DNA of 64,000 nucleotides. Source: Octopus sinensis. Lineage: Eukaryota. The stretch lies in assembly GCF_006345805.1 (NCBI RefSeq), contig NC_042999.1:6944001-7008000 (forward strand), written 5' to 3'. Shown here one piece after another: positions 1 through 13,440 of the stretch. The translations under genes and the position numbers were made by a program. The notes under the pieces are model-generated. The model did not search any database and was not told the DNA's origin. It saw only the letters and a program-made list of their open reading frames with translations. Each line of letters opens with the position of its first letter. The first letter of the stretch is position 1.

Positions 1-37
<37 letters not shown>

Positions 38-1801
38 CATTATAATATGTATATGTGTGTGTGTGTGTGCGTACCAGTGTGTACTTGTGTACGTTAGATA
101 TATCTGATGCTAATATCACATGATAAAAATGCAAGGCACTCTCCAGGAGGTGAATAAAGAGACAGATTTTGATTGTCGGAAGACGCCGTTAATCACATGA
201 ATAACATGTCTTCCCTTTACGCGGAAGAAAACATTCAATTTCGGAGCTAGCAATATCGATGAATGCGATATTTAGAAAGCAGAGAAGTCAGGATAAAATT
301 TAGAGGTAGAGGAAAGTCTAAGAGACAACGGTAAAAATATGCATAGATGGAGGGAGAGAGAGGAGGGGAAAGAAAGAGAGTGAAGAAGAGAATCAAAGAA
401 GATAATGATGAGTTAATTATGAACGTTGTAAGAAGTCTAAATCAGTTGTGTCGGCCATCAATGTAGACAACGTAATCTCACTGAATCAACATTGTTGTGA
501 AATCTTGATCAATATATGTTAATTCTGGAATATCTGTGATTAAATTGGAATTAATTTATAGTTCCTCCTTCTGCTTTTGTTAATGCCAAATACTATTGGA
601 ATATAATCTCAGGTTATTCTGTAAGAAATCCATATGAAATGATGTTCATGCGAAGTGAGGTATAATTTCATGTAATTCAAAGGAAATTGAAGAACATGTA
701 TAGATATATATGAAGGGCCATGTATTCTTTTCGACCTCAAATGAAGGTGGTGACCTTTTCTCTGTGGTAGAAAGGTTCATTACCTCAGTTTAAATAATAT
801 AGGTTGTCGTGATTGGTTAAAGAGGTCGTTCCCTTCAACAGAACACGTGTATAGTTTTACAGAAACTAATTCTTCGTTTGCACATAATGGCCAATACGGA
901 TTCTATTCAAAATTCTGCGATACAAATTGAAGCTTTCAAACTTTTTCTATTTGCAGATTTTTAGCATTTATAATTTTCGGTTTATAATATGTAAATCTAT
1001 ACAATATATAATAAGTGCACACGCATACAAACACGTACACACACACATATACATGTGGTTATACATATAAAGTAGATAATATAGATACCTATATATACAC
1101 ATAAAACACAAATAGACGCTCACAATGATGCACACGCATTCGCACACTAGCATAACTGCCATATCTGTACATAGATTATAATTCTCTGACGCTATCACTG
1201 ACAAATATACGATGCCAACACCATATTACAAAAGAACGGATGTGTATAAATAAGAATCGATTTAGATGGAAATAAAATAGAATTATTTCAAGGATGTGAA
1301 CTGATGTCAACTGACAGTAATTCACATGGCGGTAGAGGGAAGACAAGATTTTCACTTAAACCTCTATACACTATCATAGAAGATCGTATATACTCTGCGT
1401 ATAGCTGCAAGTGACACTACCACACACGCACACATATACACACAGGCGCACTCAACGCACATACGCTCATATTTTAGTATTCTTGGAAATTTAAGTATCC
1501 ACACAACATGCAAACTAAATGCGTGTTTAAAATTGAATATTGCTTACGCTTTGTCCCTTTCTTTCTTCCACTCATTGTAGCCCTTATTGATAGATATATA
1601 TACATACTTACAAATATACATACATACATACATATATTGATTCGAAGACTACAAATCCAATTTACCACTGGAAGTGTAAAATACTGTAAAACTTTCTTGA
1701 AGTTTATCATTTCGATATGAGTATGTCTAGGTATGCAACTATATGCATGAGAATACATATATAAAAGAAAACATACAAATCTGCACATATACATACATAC
1801 A

Positions 1802-1925
1802 AAAATACCCTGTTGATGTTGTTGAAATTCCAATGAAGGATCCTTGGACCTTGGTCAGAAACCGACTCTTTCTCTATTGGCAAGAAACCTTTAAACAAAA
1901 CTAAATAATGACATATATACGTACG
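1802..1925 (+). repeat. Short interspersed repeat embedded in (CATA)n-type sequence
   Basis: Alignable by eye to 20522-20645; both end AATAATGACATA and are flanked by CATA/TA repeats. Confidence 0.6.
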
Positions 1926-1996
1926 CAAACGATCCATAATATATGTAGTCTTTAGTCATTGTTCGGTGAACGCTTATAAGATTTAAATTTATAAAA

Positions 1997-2009
1997 TATT
2001 ATTATTATA

Positions 2010-2078
<69 letters not shown>

Positions 2079-2079
2079 T
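1997..2079. repeat. (TTA)n microsatellite
   Basis: Near-pure ATT run. Confidence 0.95.
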
Positions 2080-2201
2080 ACAAAATTGTAAAAATTGACG
2101 CTGCTTAACAAAACCATCGAAGGGAAAGCAGATGAAAGTTAGTTTACAAAAATAACTATAAATTAATTATAGTTCTTAAATCTGACAGAAAGAAGCAGGT
2201 T

Positions 2202-2275
2202 GGTGAGTTCGTATAACGGTAGCACCCTTGTTTGCGTAAACAAAAACGTGTGGGTTCGAGTCCCACGCGTACGGG
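2202..2275 (+). pseudogene. tRNA-like sequence (pseudo-tRNA or SINE head)
   Basis: A-box-like TCGTATAACGGTAGCAC; perfect T-arm GTGGG-TTCGAGT-CCCAC; anticodon arm TTGTT/AACAA with a 6-nt loop; acceptor stem pairs poorly; TTTT downstream. Confidence 0.55.
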
Positions 2276-2564
2276 AAAACCTGCTTCTTTTCTGTCGAGG
2301 GTTTATATGTCCCATTATTAGACTAAAGAAAATATTTAGTCATTGCGAAGTGATCACTCACAAGCTTTAAGCTTATAAAATACTATTATCATTATTATTT
2401 GGTAATGGCGATTTGACGCCTATGTTTAGCATATAGGCTGTCCACTGTAGTGGTCAGTCGTCTAAATTTTGTATGTAACACAATTTTTAATCTTTGGATT
2501 TTTTAAAATATGCTAAGCCACTAGTTTTAATTGATTAATATCAATTTCTACCCTTATTATTTAA

Positions 2565-2570
<6 letters not shown>

Positions 2571-2655
<85 letters not shown>

Positions 2656-2873
2656 AGCTATCAAGATAAAAGGAATAGTGGGAGGGATAGATGGAAGAGA
2701 TAAGAATGTAAAGAAGGAATATATGTGAGAAATGGGAGGTGGGGTGATATGTTTGAAAGACACAAAGGTGGGGAGATGGGTAAAAAAGAAGGGGAGAATA
2801 ATAAGATATAATGGTCAAGTTTCTAAAAATAAACGGAGGTGTTTAGCTAAAGTAATAATAGGAGCTGATGAAT

Positions 2874-2920
<47 letters not shown>
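2571..2920. repeat. (TA)n (2571-2652) and (GA)n (2877-2920) microsatellites
   Basis: Direct inspection. Confidence 0.95.
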
Positions 2921-2937
<17 letters not shown>

Positions 2938-3369
2938 GATAAAGATGAATGTATTCATATACACACGCGCACACATATACATATAAATATGTATATGCAC
3001 TATTATATAGGCACGCATAGTTATGTACCTATACCCGTCCGCATAGCTGCATATACATACACACATACATATATATATATACATGTACACAGAAACACAC
3101 ACACACGTATATATATGTATATATATATATACACATACGCACGTGCTTATATATGTATCATTAAACAATTAAAAATTGAAAAGTTAAAGAAATAAGACAT
3201 TGGAAAGTCATATAAGGTTGTTGGATATTACCTAAGGGGAAATATATGTACATGGAAATATATAGCCATGGACACCGGCAGGCAGTTTCAGAATCCAGTA
3301 TAAGCTCCGGATCCAACAAAGGAAAGGACCCAAGAATGTTTACATAAAATAAGACCACAAATGGATTAA

Positions 3370-3521
3370 AGGTGGAAGGCCAGACTGCGTATCAGCAAAA
3401 ATGTAGTTGGAATTCGGCTGACATACGATCGACCGTCAGCACGAGTAGCTGTTACAAGTCGAGCGTGTTTCAGGTTAATTCCTACCACATTTTTGGTGGT
3501 ACTCGGTCTGGCCTTCCACCT
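3370..3521. mobile_element. MITE with TTAA target duplication, Kolobok-like
   Basis: TTAA at 3366-3369 and 3522-3525; termini AGGTGGAAGGCCAGAC...GTCTGGCCTTCCACCT; imperfect TIR of about 45 bp. TTAA TSD with purine-purine termini is the Kolobok pattern. Confidence 0.65.
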
Positions 3522-4215
3522 TTAACCCATCTGCGTTCGTATTTCACACACACATACAAATACACACACAGACATACACGCACACAGACACACACACAGA
3601 CACACACAGATAGACAGACACACAGACAGACAGAAACACACACACACAATCCTAGTCATGAAGGCCCGCATGCATAGCGTCGTAGTGTACACATGAAGTT
3701 TTCGCTTCTGACCATCTCAAGCTTTACCGGCTCAGATCTTGTTTGCTTATTCTACTAACCATACACATTCAAAGAACTTACCATTGAAGACTGTGGCGAC
3801 AACATTTATCTGAAACTGGAATTGCCCAAACAAAGAAGCACAACATGTTACAGAAACAGACATGACATCATTAACAATTTCAACAACAACTGCAAGGAAC
3901 TTACGAAAGACAACATCGTTAAAGCTAAATATAATACGAAGATATATGGAATTAATATAATAGACCAGTTTTCTTGAGGCTATGAATTCAATAGTTACTT
4001 AATTGATGTGAAATGTCAAAGACGACCTTTCCGCTGATTGTATTGATTGGCGGGACAATATGCAGAAACTATCTTCGACCCCGCTCTCTCTCTCCCTCGG
4101 AACAGAATTATTTCACTATGAAAGTGCTTCGCCAGCAAACAAGTTTTGTTAAGCGAATGAAAACGGTACAGATTAGGATTTTGGTCCTATGAAGTACGAA
4201 CCACACACGAATGCC

Positions 4216-4632
4216 TATTTCTTTACTACCCACAAGGGGCTAAACACAGAGGGGACAAACAAGGACAGACAAACGGATGAAGTCGATTATATCCATCCCA
4301 GTGCGTAACTGGTACTTAATTAATCGACCCCGAAAGGATGAAAGGCAAAGTGGACCTCGGCGGAATTTGAACTCAGAATGTAAAGGCAGACGAAATACCT
4401 ATTTCTTTACTACCCACAAGGGGCTAAACACAGAGAGGACAAACAAGGACAGATAAACGGATTAAGTAGATTACATCGACCCCAGTGCGTAACTGGTACT
4501 TAATTAATCGACCCCGAAAGGATGAAAGGCAAAGTCGACCTCGGCGGAATTTGAACTCAAAACTTAACGGCAGACGAAATACGGCTACGCATTTCGCCCG
4601 GCGTGCTAAGGTTTCCGCCAGCTCGCCGCCTT
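4216..4632 (-). mobile_element. tRNA-derived SINE family 1, dimer (one head, two 184-bp bodies)
   Basis: Head GGCGGCGAGCTGGCGGAAACCTTAGCAC, B-box GAGTTCAAATT; body repeated at 4214 and 4398; imperfect TSD CCACACACRAATRCC at 4201-4215 and 4635-4649. Confidence 0.9.
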
Positions 4633-5618
4633 AACCACACACAAATACCACTGGAAGATGGACGTTAAATGATGATGATGATGGTTAATAGTTAGAAAGA
4701 GAGAGAGAGAAGACAGCGAGAGAGAGAGAGAGAGAGAGGACAGAGAGAGATAGAGATAGAGAGAGAGAGAGAGAGAGGTAGTGTGTGCGCAAGCGAGAAA
4801 AGCCGAATGGAGACCCGTTTGGCAATGAATTCGATTTTTAATGACCCGTTGTTTCCCCAACTTTAAATATATTTCTCTTCGTCTCTGTTTCTGGGTCTCT
4901 GGGCAAAATCATGGACGTCACACTTCCAATTACTCTTTGATTACATTGTAATGAAATGTTAAACTTTCGCTGTATCGTTCTTCTGCATTATATAGATATT
5001 AAGACTTCTTAACATGGGATGAATTTATAAAACAACTTCTTTATAATTTATATCATTGAGTTTCTTATATGAAGTTAATAACGCGTGTATATATGTATAC
5101 AGACACAACACATAGAATTAGTTTTGGAAACTTTATCACTTTACACAGTTGTATGTCTCTAGAGAGATAGGTTCCCTTCAGGAAAAAAGCTTGTTTTATT
5201 TGGTCATAAATTTATTTTGAACAGACTGCTATTTAGTATGTCAAACGATCTGTTAAGAAAAAACTTGTAGTACAACAAAATTTGAACTCTGAGAAATGTG
5301 ACAATATAATATGAAACATAAAATATGGTTTCCTGTCTGTATTGAATCTTTACACTTTTTTGTGCAGTCTTGTGCAGTCTTTATGTTCTTTCTCAAAGCT
5401 TCCAAACAACACGGTGATTTCAATGCTGGCCTCTGCTATAAACTATTTTGTCTTTCTGGTTTGGTCAAAGCCAAAATTGAACCAAGAAATATATTTCGAT
5501 TCACAACGTGTAGAAAATGAATTCTTCACAAATTTTTCGTTTGTTTCCTTCTTATCCCTGAAATTGCTGGTATAATTGCGAAAAGTGGTATACAGAAAAG
5601 GAGTGGTATCGTCAATAT

Positions 5619-5852
5619 AAGGCGGTGTGCTGGCAGAAACGTTAGCGCGCCGGGCGAAATTGCGTAGCCGTATTTCGTCTGCCGTTACGTTCTGAGTTCA
5701 AATTCCGCCGAGGTCGACTTTGCCTTTAATCCTTTCGGGGTCGATAAATTAAATAGCAGTTACGCACTGGGGTCGATATAATCGACTTAATCCGTTTGTC
5801 TGTCCTTGTTTGTCCTCTCTGTGTTTAGCCCCTTGTAGGTAGTAAAGAAATA
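5619..5852 (+). mobile_element. SINE family 1 monomer, tail A
   Basis: Full head, GCCTTTAATCCTTTCGGGGTCGATAAA core, tail ending GTAGTAAAGAAATA. Confidence 0.9.
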
Positions 5853-6555
5853 GGTATTGTCTGCATACAGATGACAGCCCTAGAAGTCTCAAGAATTAGG
5901 TTCTTTGGGTAGAAGCAGAAAAATATAGGCATAACCAAAGCTTGGAATTCAGCAAAATTGATAGAATCCGGATCATAGGTGGCTCCATCCGTGAACACCA
6001 TGTAAGAGGTGACAGACAAATGGAAAGCCTGGTAGAGAGATGTCAAGAAGATTCGAGTGCCAGGCACAATAGATTGCTTGACTGAAGGTGAAATATTGAG
6101 CACTGTAGTCCAAGGTAGATAATGCCGAGTAAAAAGAAGGCGTTGTTATATTTGGTACATGGAACATCTTTGATCAGGGGTCTACTGAATCTGGGATCTT
6201 TACCTTCTTCTCTTGTTTAGAAGGTAGAAGGTGGGGCCGCGATGTAAAAGCTGCTGCATTGGCCCGTTCACCTAATCGATTACGAGAGCGAGAGAGAGAG
6301 AGAGAGAGAGAGAGAGCGAAAGAAGAGAGAGAGAGAGGGAGAGAGAGATAGAGAGAGAATCGACACCCAGTATATGACTGGTAAAATTGATGAAAGGCAA
6401 AATAACCGTCGATATGATTTGAAATTACAAAGGGGTGGACAATGTAATCTATCCGGCGCAGTATCATATCGGTTTATTCACTGTATTTAATCAGATTTGA
6501 TCTGAAGCTAAAAATATGAAGAACAACATTAAAAGCAAAATATTTGACACATGAG

Positions 6556-6765
6556 AAGGCGGCAAGTTGGCAGAACCATTAGCACGTCGAGTAAAGTAAT
6601 TATCGACAATTCGTCCGTCTTTACGTTCTGTGTTCAAATTCGGTGGGTTCCCCATTGCCTTTCATCCTTTCTGGGTCGATAAAATCAATACCATTTGAAC
6701 ACTGGGGTCGATGCAATACTTAGCCCTTCCTGGAAATTGCTAGCTTTATACTAAAAGCTGAAACC
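6556..6765 (+). mobile_element. SINE family 1, tail B, diverged
   Basis: Same head and core; alternative tail resembling GCCTTGTGCCAAAATTTGAAAC. Confidence 0.75.
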
Positions 6766-6778
6766 TGTATATTTGATA

Positions 6779-8445
6779 TCTATCTCTTATTATAAAAGGC
6801 AGATGTTATCTGCCTCCCTTTGTAACTTATAGAAATCTACAATATAGGATTTCTTCAATTACAATTTACCTAGCATTTTTAAGAGTAGAATGCATCGGGT
6901 CATGCCAGGTCCAGTTTTTAAAATTTAAACTCCAATTAAGCAAAATTTACAGAAAACTCACATTCTGGTGTGTATGTTAAATGCTTTTCTTAATGTGGTT
7001 TACACCACACGCACACGCACACACACAGTGTGCAACGGATAAAATGAAAGTAAATAGCGACAGAGTGATTTGAGGAAGACTAAACTGAAAGTATTTAAAC
7101 CACTACTAAAAAAATAAAAAAACACAGCAAACAGAAACAAATAAATACATAACGATTTACTCCTCACACAATTTCTTCAATTAGAGTTTACCTAAGATTT
7201 TTCAAAGTACTCCATTCGGTCATGCCATAATATATTTCTTTCAATTTCACCCCCAATTAAGACAAAATTCGAGAAAACTCAATATTTTAACATTTCACTC
7301 CGAAAGCATTGATGTACATGTGTGCGTGCGTGAGTGTGTGTGTGTGTGTGTGTGCGTGTGTGTGTGTGTTTGATGGGTTGTGCGACACAGAAAGTGTGGT
7401 GTGTAAGTGAAGTGCTTTTGTTAGTGTGTGTAAAGAGACAGACAGAGTGAAAGACAGAAATAACTGAACTATTTTTATTCACTTTTTGTAGTGAGTGACT
7501 GAGAGAGAAAAGAGAGAGAGAGGTTATGTATGTATATATGTATGTATGGCTTCAGTGACACACACACACACAAAAACACATACCTACGTACACCTAAAGC
7601 ACGCACACACACAAGCGGAGCGCGAACTTCAAAATTTTGGTAGTATTAATTTGCGAGCATACTTCTAAGCGCGCGTAATTGAAAGTTTTCACTATGATAT
7701 CATCACGTGCGAAAAAATTCGAAGGGTTTTGAACAATTGAGATACAGATGTCACGCCTGTATTGAAACCATTGCTAAGCTGCCGTAATTGCTTAATTAAG
7801 ACTTTGTTTAAATTGAAAGGGGCAAATATGTGACGAGGTTGAAAAAAAATACCCCAGAAAAAAAATGTACTGCTGGTATTTATATAATTCACTACTATTT
7901 TGCTACAATGTCATGAAAAAGAAAAAATTTAGGTATGTAAATCGAATTCGCCACCCCCTTTTACCCGTTCGCGTTTGTGTAAAAAAAATTATTATTTAAG
8001 TTTTAAAAATTATTTACTTTGTTCAAAAAATATTAATATTAATTAATTTTCAAGAATTATTTAATTTTATTCTGTAAAATAGTAATTAATTCATTTATCT
8101 GTAAATTCATGTATCTGTTACCTAGAAAGGTAACCTTCAACTAACACTATCTCCTCCGAGACCCTGCGGCGCAAGTTGACCAAAATTGAGAGTATGGTAG
8201 AAGAAGGGTTGCTCTTCCTTCCTTAGAAGAAAAAATTCAAATCGGACCATGTTAACACCAAAAATTATTTACATCAAAAAGATGCTTTTTCTATGAAAAT
8301 CCCTATTTCTTACGATTTTTTCACTGCTGTGTCGCCACTTTTCGGTGTATTTCGACCAGAAAAATGTTCACAAAATTTTTACTTTTCAAAATTACAATTC
8401 CAGCGGGTCGAAACAAACCCGAGCAACGCCGGGCGATATTGCTAG
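6779..8445 (+). mobile_element. Non-autonomous Helitron
   Basis: A|TCTATCTCTTATTATAAAAG start; 3' hairpin CCCGAGCAACGCCGGG then CTAG|T; last ~320 bp shared with 30466-30815. Confidence 0.6.
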
Positions 8446-10764
8446 TATATATATAAAACAGAAGATGTGTATTAGTGTGTATGCATGTTATGTATTTTCA
8501 CATTTTTCAACCGATTTCACTCAAACTTGATACACTGATAGCTTATGCACCAAGGGTGGTCACGATCTACTTTATATTTTTCAGACCTCCCCCCACCACC
8601 GCGTATAAACAAAAACCGCGAATAACTGTTCAGAAAAGCAGTTTTTTTGTCCATAACTCCCTGGTTTTTCGAGCGATTTCCTCCAAATTTCACTCGAACA
8701 TTACACATGACATAATTGTTTTGCTTAAAAATTTTGTCAAGGTCCTCCGCGTTAATTGTAAAAAATCCGCGAATAACTGCATAAAATTTGTCTTTTTTTT
8801 TGCCAATAACTTCCTCAGTTTCCAACCGATTCGCTCCAAATTTGGCAAGAATATTACCCATGCTTAATTGGCGGTTTTAAACTAATGTTTTGTCAAATTA
8901 ATTCGTACTAAATTTGCCATTCTCTGGACTAAACTTAGATTTTTGCTTACAACTTCTACCGTTTACTCACGCGTCAAAGATTGGATCAGTTTTACTTCAC
9001 TGATTTGATCTGTGTACATTAGTGTTTACTTGACCCCACCCCTATTATCGCCTACGGCCATGATGCACCCACTTCAGCACATATTTTCTTCAATTGCTCT
9101 CCGCTCATTGTGTGATGACACGAAGTGAACTGCGAGCATGACCTTTGACATATGAGCATGAACACTTTTAATGCACATCGTCCTTTTTTGATCTGTGTAC
9201 ATTAGTGTTTACTTAACCACCCCACCACCGCATTATCGCCTACGGCCATGTTGCCCCACTACTTCAGCCCCTTGTTTGGTGTGAATGGCTGCTTTTACCA
9301 CGTCCTCACTATTTACTCACTTCCCCTCCCCCATTATCACTGACGATCACAATGTCCCCTTTTCCCCACCATTATCCTTAATGACATATTAAAGCTCTGC
9401 CAATAAGGGGTGAACTGTGAACATGACCTTGACCTATGCGCGTGAACACTATTGATTGTCCACTACCACTGTAATGAGCCCGCCCAATTAATTCTTCGGC
9501 TGAATTTCATTGGTGGAACACTGTTCACCTGATCATGCCAATGACAAATCGTAATTACTGATGCGCTTTTGAGCATATCTAATACATACTTCGGCTTACA
9601 GGTTACGCCTACCATTTGATGTACATTATTGCTTTAACTTCATGCTTCTTCTTGAAAAGTTTCGTTGTCCCCATATTCAAATAAGTTAACTCCTTCATAC
9701 TGTCGCTACCTACCAGTTTTTAGCTTACGTGTCATTAAGAACTATTGTATTCAGTGTCTTTGTGTCCACATAGTTAACTGTCTGTCCCTGCCTCCACCTT
9801 TTTTGAAGAATACGTTTAGTAGGTTCGCTTTTTATACACCGTGTTAAATTCGTTTCTCAGTGTCCCCCTTTGCCCGTTTTTTAAAACTCGCAATTTAGAC
9901 ATAGTCCGATACTACCGCCATGTCGCCTAAGAAAAGAACGCGCCTTGGTCATAAAACAGAGTCTGCTTCGGCTGTGAAAAGAGGGAGGGCGAGCCATGTT
10001 TCTCTCATGGCCAGTTATATGTCGGATGCTCCAGAGTTGGAAGAAAACATAGAGGTGTTATTGGTACTTCATACACCAACTGCTTTCAAATTCGTGAACC
10101 TCGGTGCTTCCACTACGTCAGTGCATCCTTGACGACCTGTTATGTGGTGAGTGCTACTGTTGTCATGCTTTCAAAATTACTAACTTTCCTCAACCATATT
10201 TCTTTTCCTTTGTCCAACCTAGATTTGTTCTCTGTTTTCGCAGAGTTTCACAATTCACAGCAGCAGTTCTGTTGCTTTCGGTGTAAACGGAAAAAAGGCC
10301 CTTTTCAGGGCCACTTTACATACGATTGTAAACACCACCTGAGAACGCATTAAAGTCTTTCTCAGGACTTCGTATCAAAGTGTTACCGCTTGGCTTCAAC
10401 GGTATCCGGCGACCAATTTTGCTATAATTTTGTTTCAATAAGCGACCAATAATGTACATCAAATGGTAGGCTTAACTTGTAAGCCGAAGCACATATCAGA
10501 TATGCACAAAAGCGCATCAATAATTACTATTTGACATTGGCATGATCAGGTGAACAGTGTTCCACCAATGAAATTCAGTCAAAGAATTGGGCAGGCTCAT
10601 TACAGTAGTAGTGGACAATCAATAGTGTTCGCGCTATAATTTTGTTACACTAAACGACCAATTTGTTACAATTTGGCGTCAACGTTATTTATAACATAGA
10701 AATTTACTAAGTATAAAAACCATTGTAGTACTTGGATCCCTAGCAACGGCGAGTACTTCTGTAG
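8446..10764 (+). mobile_element. Probable second Helitron-like element directly downstream
   Basis: Starts TATATATATAAAACAGAAGATGTG; degenerate 3' end CCCTAGCAACGGCGAGTACTTCTGTAG|T; internal direct repeats 9007-9080 vs 9188-9265 and 9125-9165 vs 9409-9450. Confidence 0.4.
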
Positions 10765-11494
10765 TATGACATATCCATAGCTTGGTTACCATCGTTACCA
10801 TTTGCTAATTTGTATAACATTGCCATCACTGTTACCAGTATTGTGAAATATGATTTCATTTCCCTAACACCTGGCTAACGCAGGCCCGAGAACATGTATA
10901 ATTAATGCCGTGAAAATTCATATTGTGTTTTAGTGGGAAATATTTGCCTTTCTTGCATTAAATATTTACTGTTAGATGGTAATTCAATGGAAACATTGAA
11001 CGTCTGGCCTTTCCTGCTGTTATATATACACGTAACAACGATTTTCTTGATGAAAATTACGAAAATATTGATTATCGACTTATAAGTCAGCGAATAGCTA
11101 CGAAGTGCCAGTTACTGTCACGTCTTGGAGAAATAACTTATTAAAAAAAACCTGATAAAAATCAACTTATTCACTGACACACACACACACACATGCATGT
11201 GTGTGTGCCTGTGTGTATATATATGTATATATATATGTATATATATACAGATATATATATACGTGTATACATCTAAGTATAAATATATTTATACGTGTGT
11301 GTGTGTGTCTATCTCTCTACATATATATATATATGTTTGTATGTGTTTGTATGTGTGCGTATGCGTATATATATGTTGTTATTATTAAATACATATACCG
11401 AGGTATATACGTTGTGTATTTTCCGGTGGCTGCACAAAGCCTATACATTAGTATATGTATTTAATATTTATTACAGTTAAGCTGCATTTACTTC

Positions 11495-11572
<78 letters not shown>

Positions 11573-11875
11573 GTACAAACGTACATATATATATATATAT
11601 GCTTTTGTGTATTTGTGTGTGTGTTTGTGTGTGTGTTTAGAAGAAAAACTCAAATAATTTCACCATGTGTCTCCTACCCTTTTTCTTGTCCTCTCATCAG
11701 GAACAGACTCACATTTTGTTCTCAGCCAAAAAAAAAAAGTCTCGAATATTTTCCAGAGTTTACTCATTTGTTTTTTTGTTGTTTAGTCTCTCGATAATGC
11801 ACACGCATGCGCACACACTGCTTCACCTACTTTTTGTCTTAATTTTTTGTCTTTACGTCATCATTTCTTAATACC

Positions 11876-12106
11876 TATTTCTTTATTACCCACAAGGGGC
11901 TAAACACAGAGGGGGACAAACAAGGACAGACATAGGTATTAAGTCGATTACGTCGACCCCAATGCGTAACTGGTACTTAATTTATCGACCCCGAAAGGAT
12001 GAAAGGCAAAGTCGACCTCGGCGGAATTTGAACTCACAACGTAACGCAGACGAAATACCGATAAGCATTCGCCCGGCGTGCTAACGTTTCTGCCAGGTCG
12101 CCGCCT
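11876..12106 (-). mobile_element. SINE family 1 monomer, tail A
   Basis: Complete copy with perfect 16-bp TSD ATCATTTCTTAATACC at 11860-11875 and 12107-12122. Confidence 0.92.
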
Positions 12107-12333
12107 ATCATTTCTTAATACCATTTCTCTTTACAATCACTGGTAGCATTGGGGCTATTGGCCTTGACCCACTATGTCCAAACGACCATGATACCCACAG
12201 CAACAGCCAAGGAGGGGCTCCGTTTATATCCATTGCATTTCGATCCCGTTTCTCAACCCTTATATAATTCTCTTGTCCTCCCTGTCTATTTCTGTCTAAT
12301 TTGGTTTTTTAAGCATGCAGTATATTTTCTACC

Positions 12334-12452
12334 GTGGAGGCGCAATGGCCCAGTGGTTAGGACAGAAGACTCACGGTCATAGGACCGCGGTTTCGATTCC
12401 CAGATCGGGCGTTGTGAGTGTTTATTGAGCGAAAACACCAAAAGCTCCACGA
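12334..12452 (+). mobile_element. SINE family 3 head (tRNA-Arg-like), truncated
   Basis: GTGGAGGCGCAATGGCCCAGTGGTTAG A-box and GTTTCGATTCC B-box; matches 13441-13737. Confidence 0.8.
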
Positions 12453-12454
12453 CC

Positions 12455-12844
12455 GAGATTGGTCAAGAGAGACAGGCCAATTCTCTTGCAAGACAATGCT
12501 CGACCACATGTTGCATAAAGAACGCCACTCATGTTACAGGAACTGAACTTGGAAGTACTCTGTCATCCACCATATTCAGCACACCTTGCACCAACTGACT
12601 ATTATGTCTTCCAGGCATTAAACAACTTTTTGCAAGGAAAAATCTTCAAAAACAGCCTTTCTTGATTTCATCCCCTCTTGCTCTCCAGAATTCTTCGCTG
12701 CCGGCGTAAATAAGCTGCCGATAAAATGGCAAAACTGTGTTGATAATTTAGGTGCATGCTTTGATTAACTGCATTGCTTTTTCTTGAGATAAAGAAATAT
12801 GAACTTTCAGTTCAAAATCGCACATTTCATTCTTAATGACCTGA
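12455..12844 (+). mobile_element. Mariner transposase C-terminal relic with 3' TIR
   Basis: Translates LLQDNARPHVA*...LEVLCHPPYSAHLAPTDYYVFQALNNFLQGKIF (mariner DNARPH and YSPDLAPxD motifs); ends CATTCTTAATGACCTGA then TA. Confidence 0.85.
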
Positions 12845-13440
12845 TATATATGCATATGTGTATGAACGTGTATATACTTTTTACCTTTATATATCAGCGA
12901 AGGAAAGGAACACAGATAAGAAAATGATATTTTTAGTCCATCTGAATGTTTGTGTTGGTGAGGAGCGTGTTATGTCAGTTTAGAGAGAAGTATTTGGCTA
13001 TGTGGCGTGAGATTAATAAAGTTCTTTTGTTTTAAACCGTGCCAGAATGACAGATATTGACGATTTTTGCATAAGACAAAGCTCACAGAATGTCGATTCC
13101 CATTTAAGTAATAGAGCTTTCTCTAAATCCATTATAAATGTAATATAATTTTTATCAATTATTATTCATTTTAATATATTGCAAATGATCTCAACGAATT
13201 TTGAAGAGACTGTTTTCGTCTTTCCTTCTAAAGAGTGTTTTCATAATCTTTGAAGAATCTCTTTCTCAGGCATTCGATCGATCTGATGTGTCAATAACTA
13301 CTTCTGGAGTTGCATTTTGCTGATACTTTAACCGGCCTGTCTGTTATTCTCATAAACCTACAGAGGATATGTTGGTCACTCGAGTAATGCACGAAATAGT
13401 TGGTGTTAACTTACAATATTGGTTATAATCCTTATACATC

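Noticed and set aside
2202-2275. Functional tRNA gene
   Set aside because: The anticodon loop is 6 nt and the acceptor stem has two mismatches and two wobbles.
9920-10353. Helitron Rep N-terminal fragment
   Set aside because: Only vague Cys-rich similarity (CYCCHAFK) across broken frames; not supportable without a search.
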